IMG/VR virus record: IMGVR_UViG_3300033512_000103
Coordinates: 1-41,263 of that record
DNA: 41,263 nucleotides
Reading direction: 5' to 3' (one strand)
From: a virus
The notes under the pieces were generated by a model. That model was not told the DNA's origin and ran no database searches. It worked only from the letters and a program-made list of their open reading frames with translations. A program made the translations under genes and the position numbers. Positions within the stretch are counted from its first letter, which is position 1, and each line of letters begins with the position of its first letter. Shown piece after piece: positions 41,148 to 41,263 of this stretch.

Positions 41148-41263
41148 TAAATAGTTCGTACTTTTAGCACGACACTTTACAAATCTTAAATTCCATTGGA
41201 TATCTATAATATCTATTGCAATTATAACACTAGGTATTATAATTTAATTATCACTATTATTAA
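41123..41263. repeat. Terminal exact repeat, copy 2 (identical to 1..141)
   Basis: Established by direct reading; see copy 1. Confidence 0.97.

Noticed and set aside
1-41263. Lysogeny module (integrase, excisionase, CI/Cro), plus helicase, primase and DNA polymerase genes.
   Set aside because: No ORF shows the corresponding motifs (no tyrosine or serine recombinase signatures, no Walker A helicase other than terL). Absence by eye is not proof, so this is stated only as not recognised.

Overview
The window is a complete, circularly closed genome (about 41.1 kb unique sequence) of a tailed dsDNA phage. Bases 1-141 are identical to 41123-41263, and the last CDS ends inside that overlap. The genome is AT-rich and every credible gene is on the + strand; all minus-strand ORFs in the track look like antisense shadows.

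Gene order:
- 165-1537: small early genes, including Zn-ribbon proteins and a HAD-like hydrolase.
- 1588-11564: ParB-like nuclease, small and large terminase, a portal fused to a MuF-like domain, HK97-type prohead protease and major capsid protein, connector and neck proteins, and the major tail protein.
- 11574-14227: tail chaperone with an A9 slippery run giving a -1 frameshift product, then the tape measure protein.
- 14231-24578: a large tail-tip and fibre module. It holds two big proteins that share a LamG-like module, a Gly-rich protein, a SPY-repeat protein and a beta-helix tailspike.
- 25353-25787: DUF1353 protein.
- 25800-27490: a roughly 1.7-kb insert that differs sharply in composition (much higher G+C, strong Shine-Dalgarno sites, flanking terminators). 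It encodes a calcineurin-like metallophosphoesterase, two small unknown proteins and a small HNH nuclease.
- 27540-28580: papain-like (C1) endolysin with a PG_binding_1 domain.
- 28858-34854: recombination and replication module, with a RecT/Bet annealing protein, a YqaJ-like exonuclease, an SSB-like protein ending in DIPF, a putative replication organiser containing iteron-like repeats, an HNH-like protein and a VRR-NUC nuclease.
- 35110-38449: a run of small membrane, lipoprotein and superinfection-immunity-like genes.
- 38452-41147: a cluster of three glycosyltransferase-like genes and a SAM methyltransferase.

I found no integrase, repressor, tRNA, rRNA, CRISPR array or reverse transcriptase.

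The most interesting signals:
- the foreign GC-rich MPE/HNH cassette;
- a genome-wide set of extended -10 promoters placed 6-8 nt from the ATG, implying leaderless mRNAs;
- a duplicated early promoter and 5' region with a conserved inverted repeat;
- a motif-dense 255-nt intergenic region;
- the glycosylation cluster.

All functional calls rest on motif recognition by eye and on synteny. No database search was possible.
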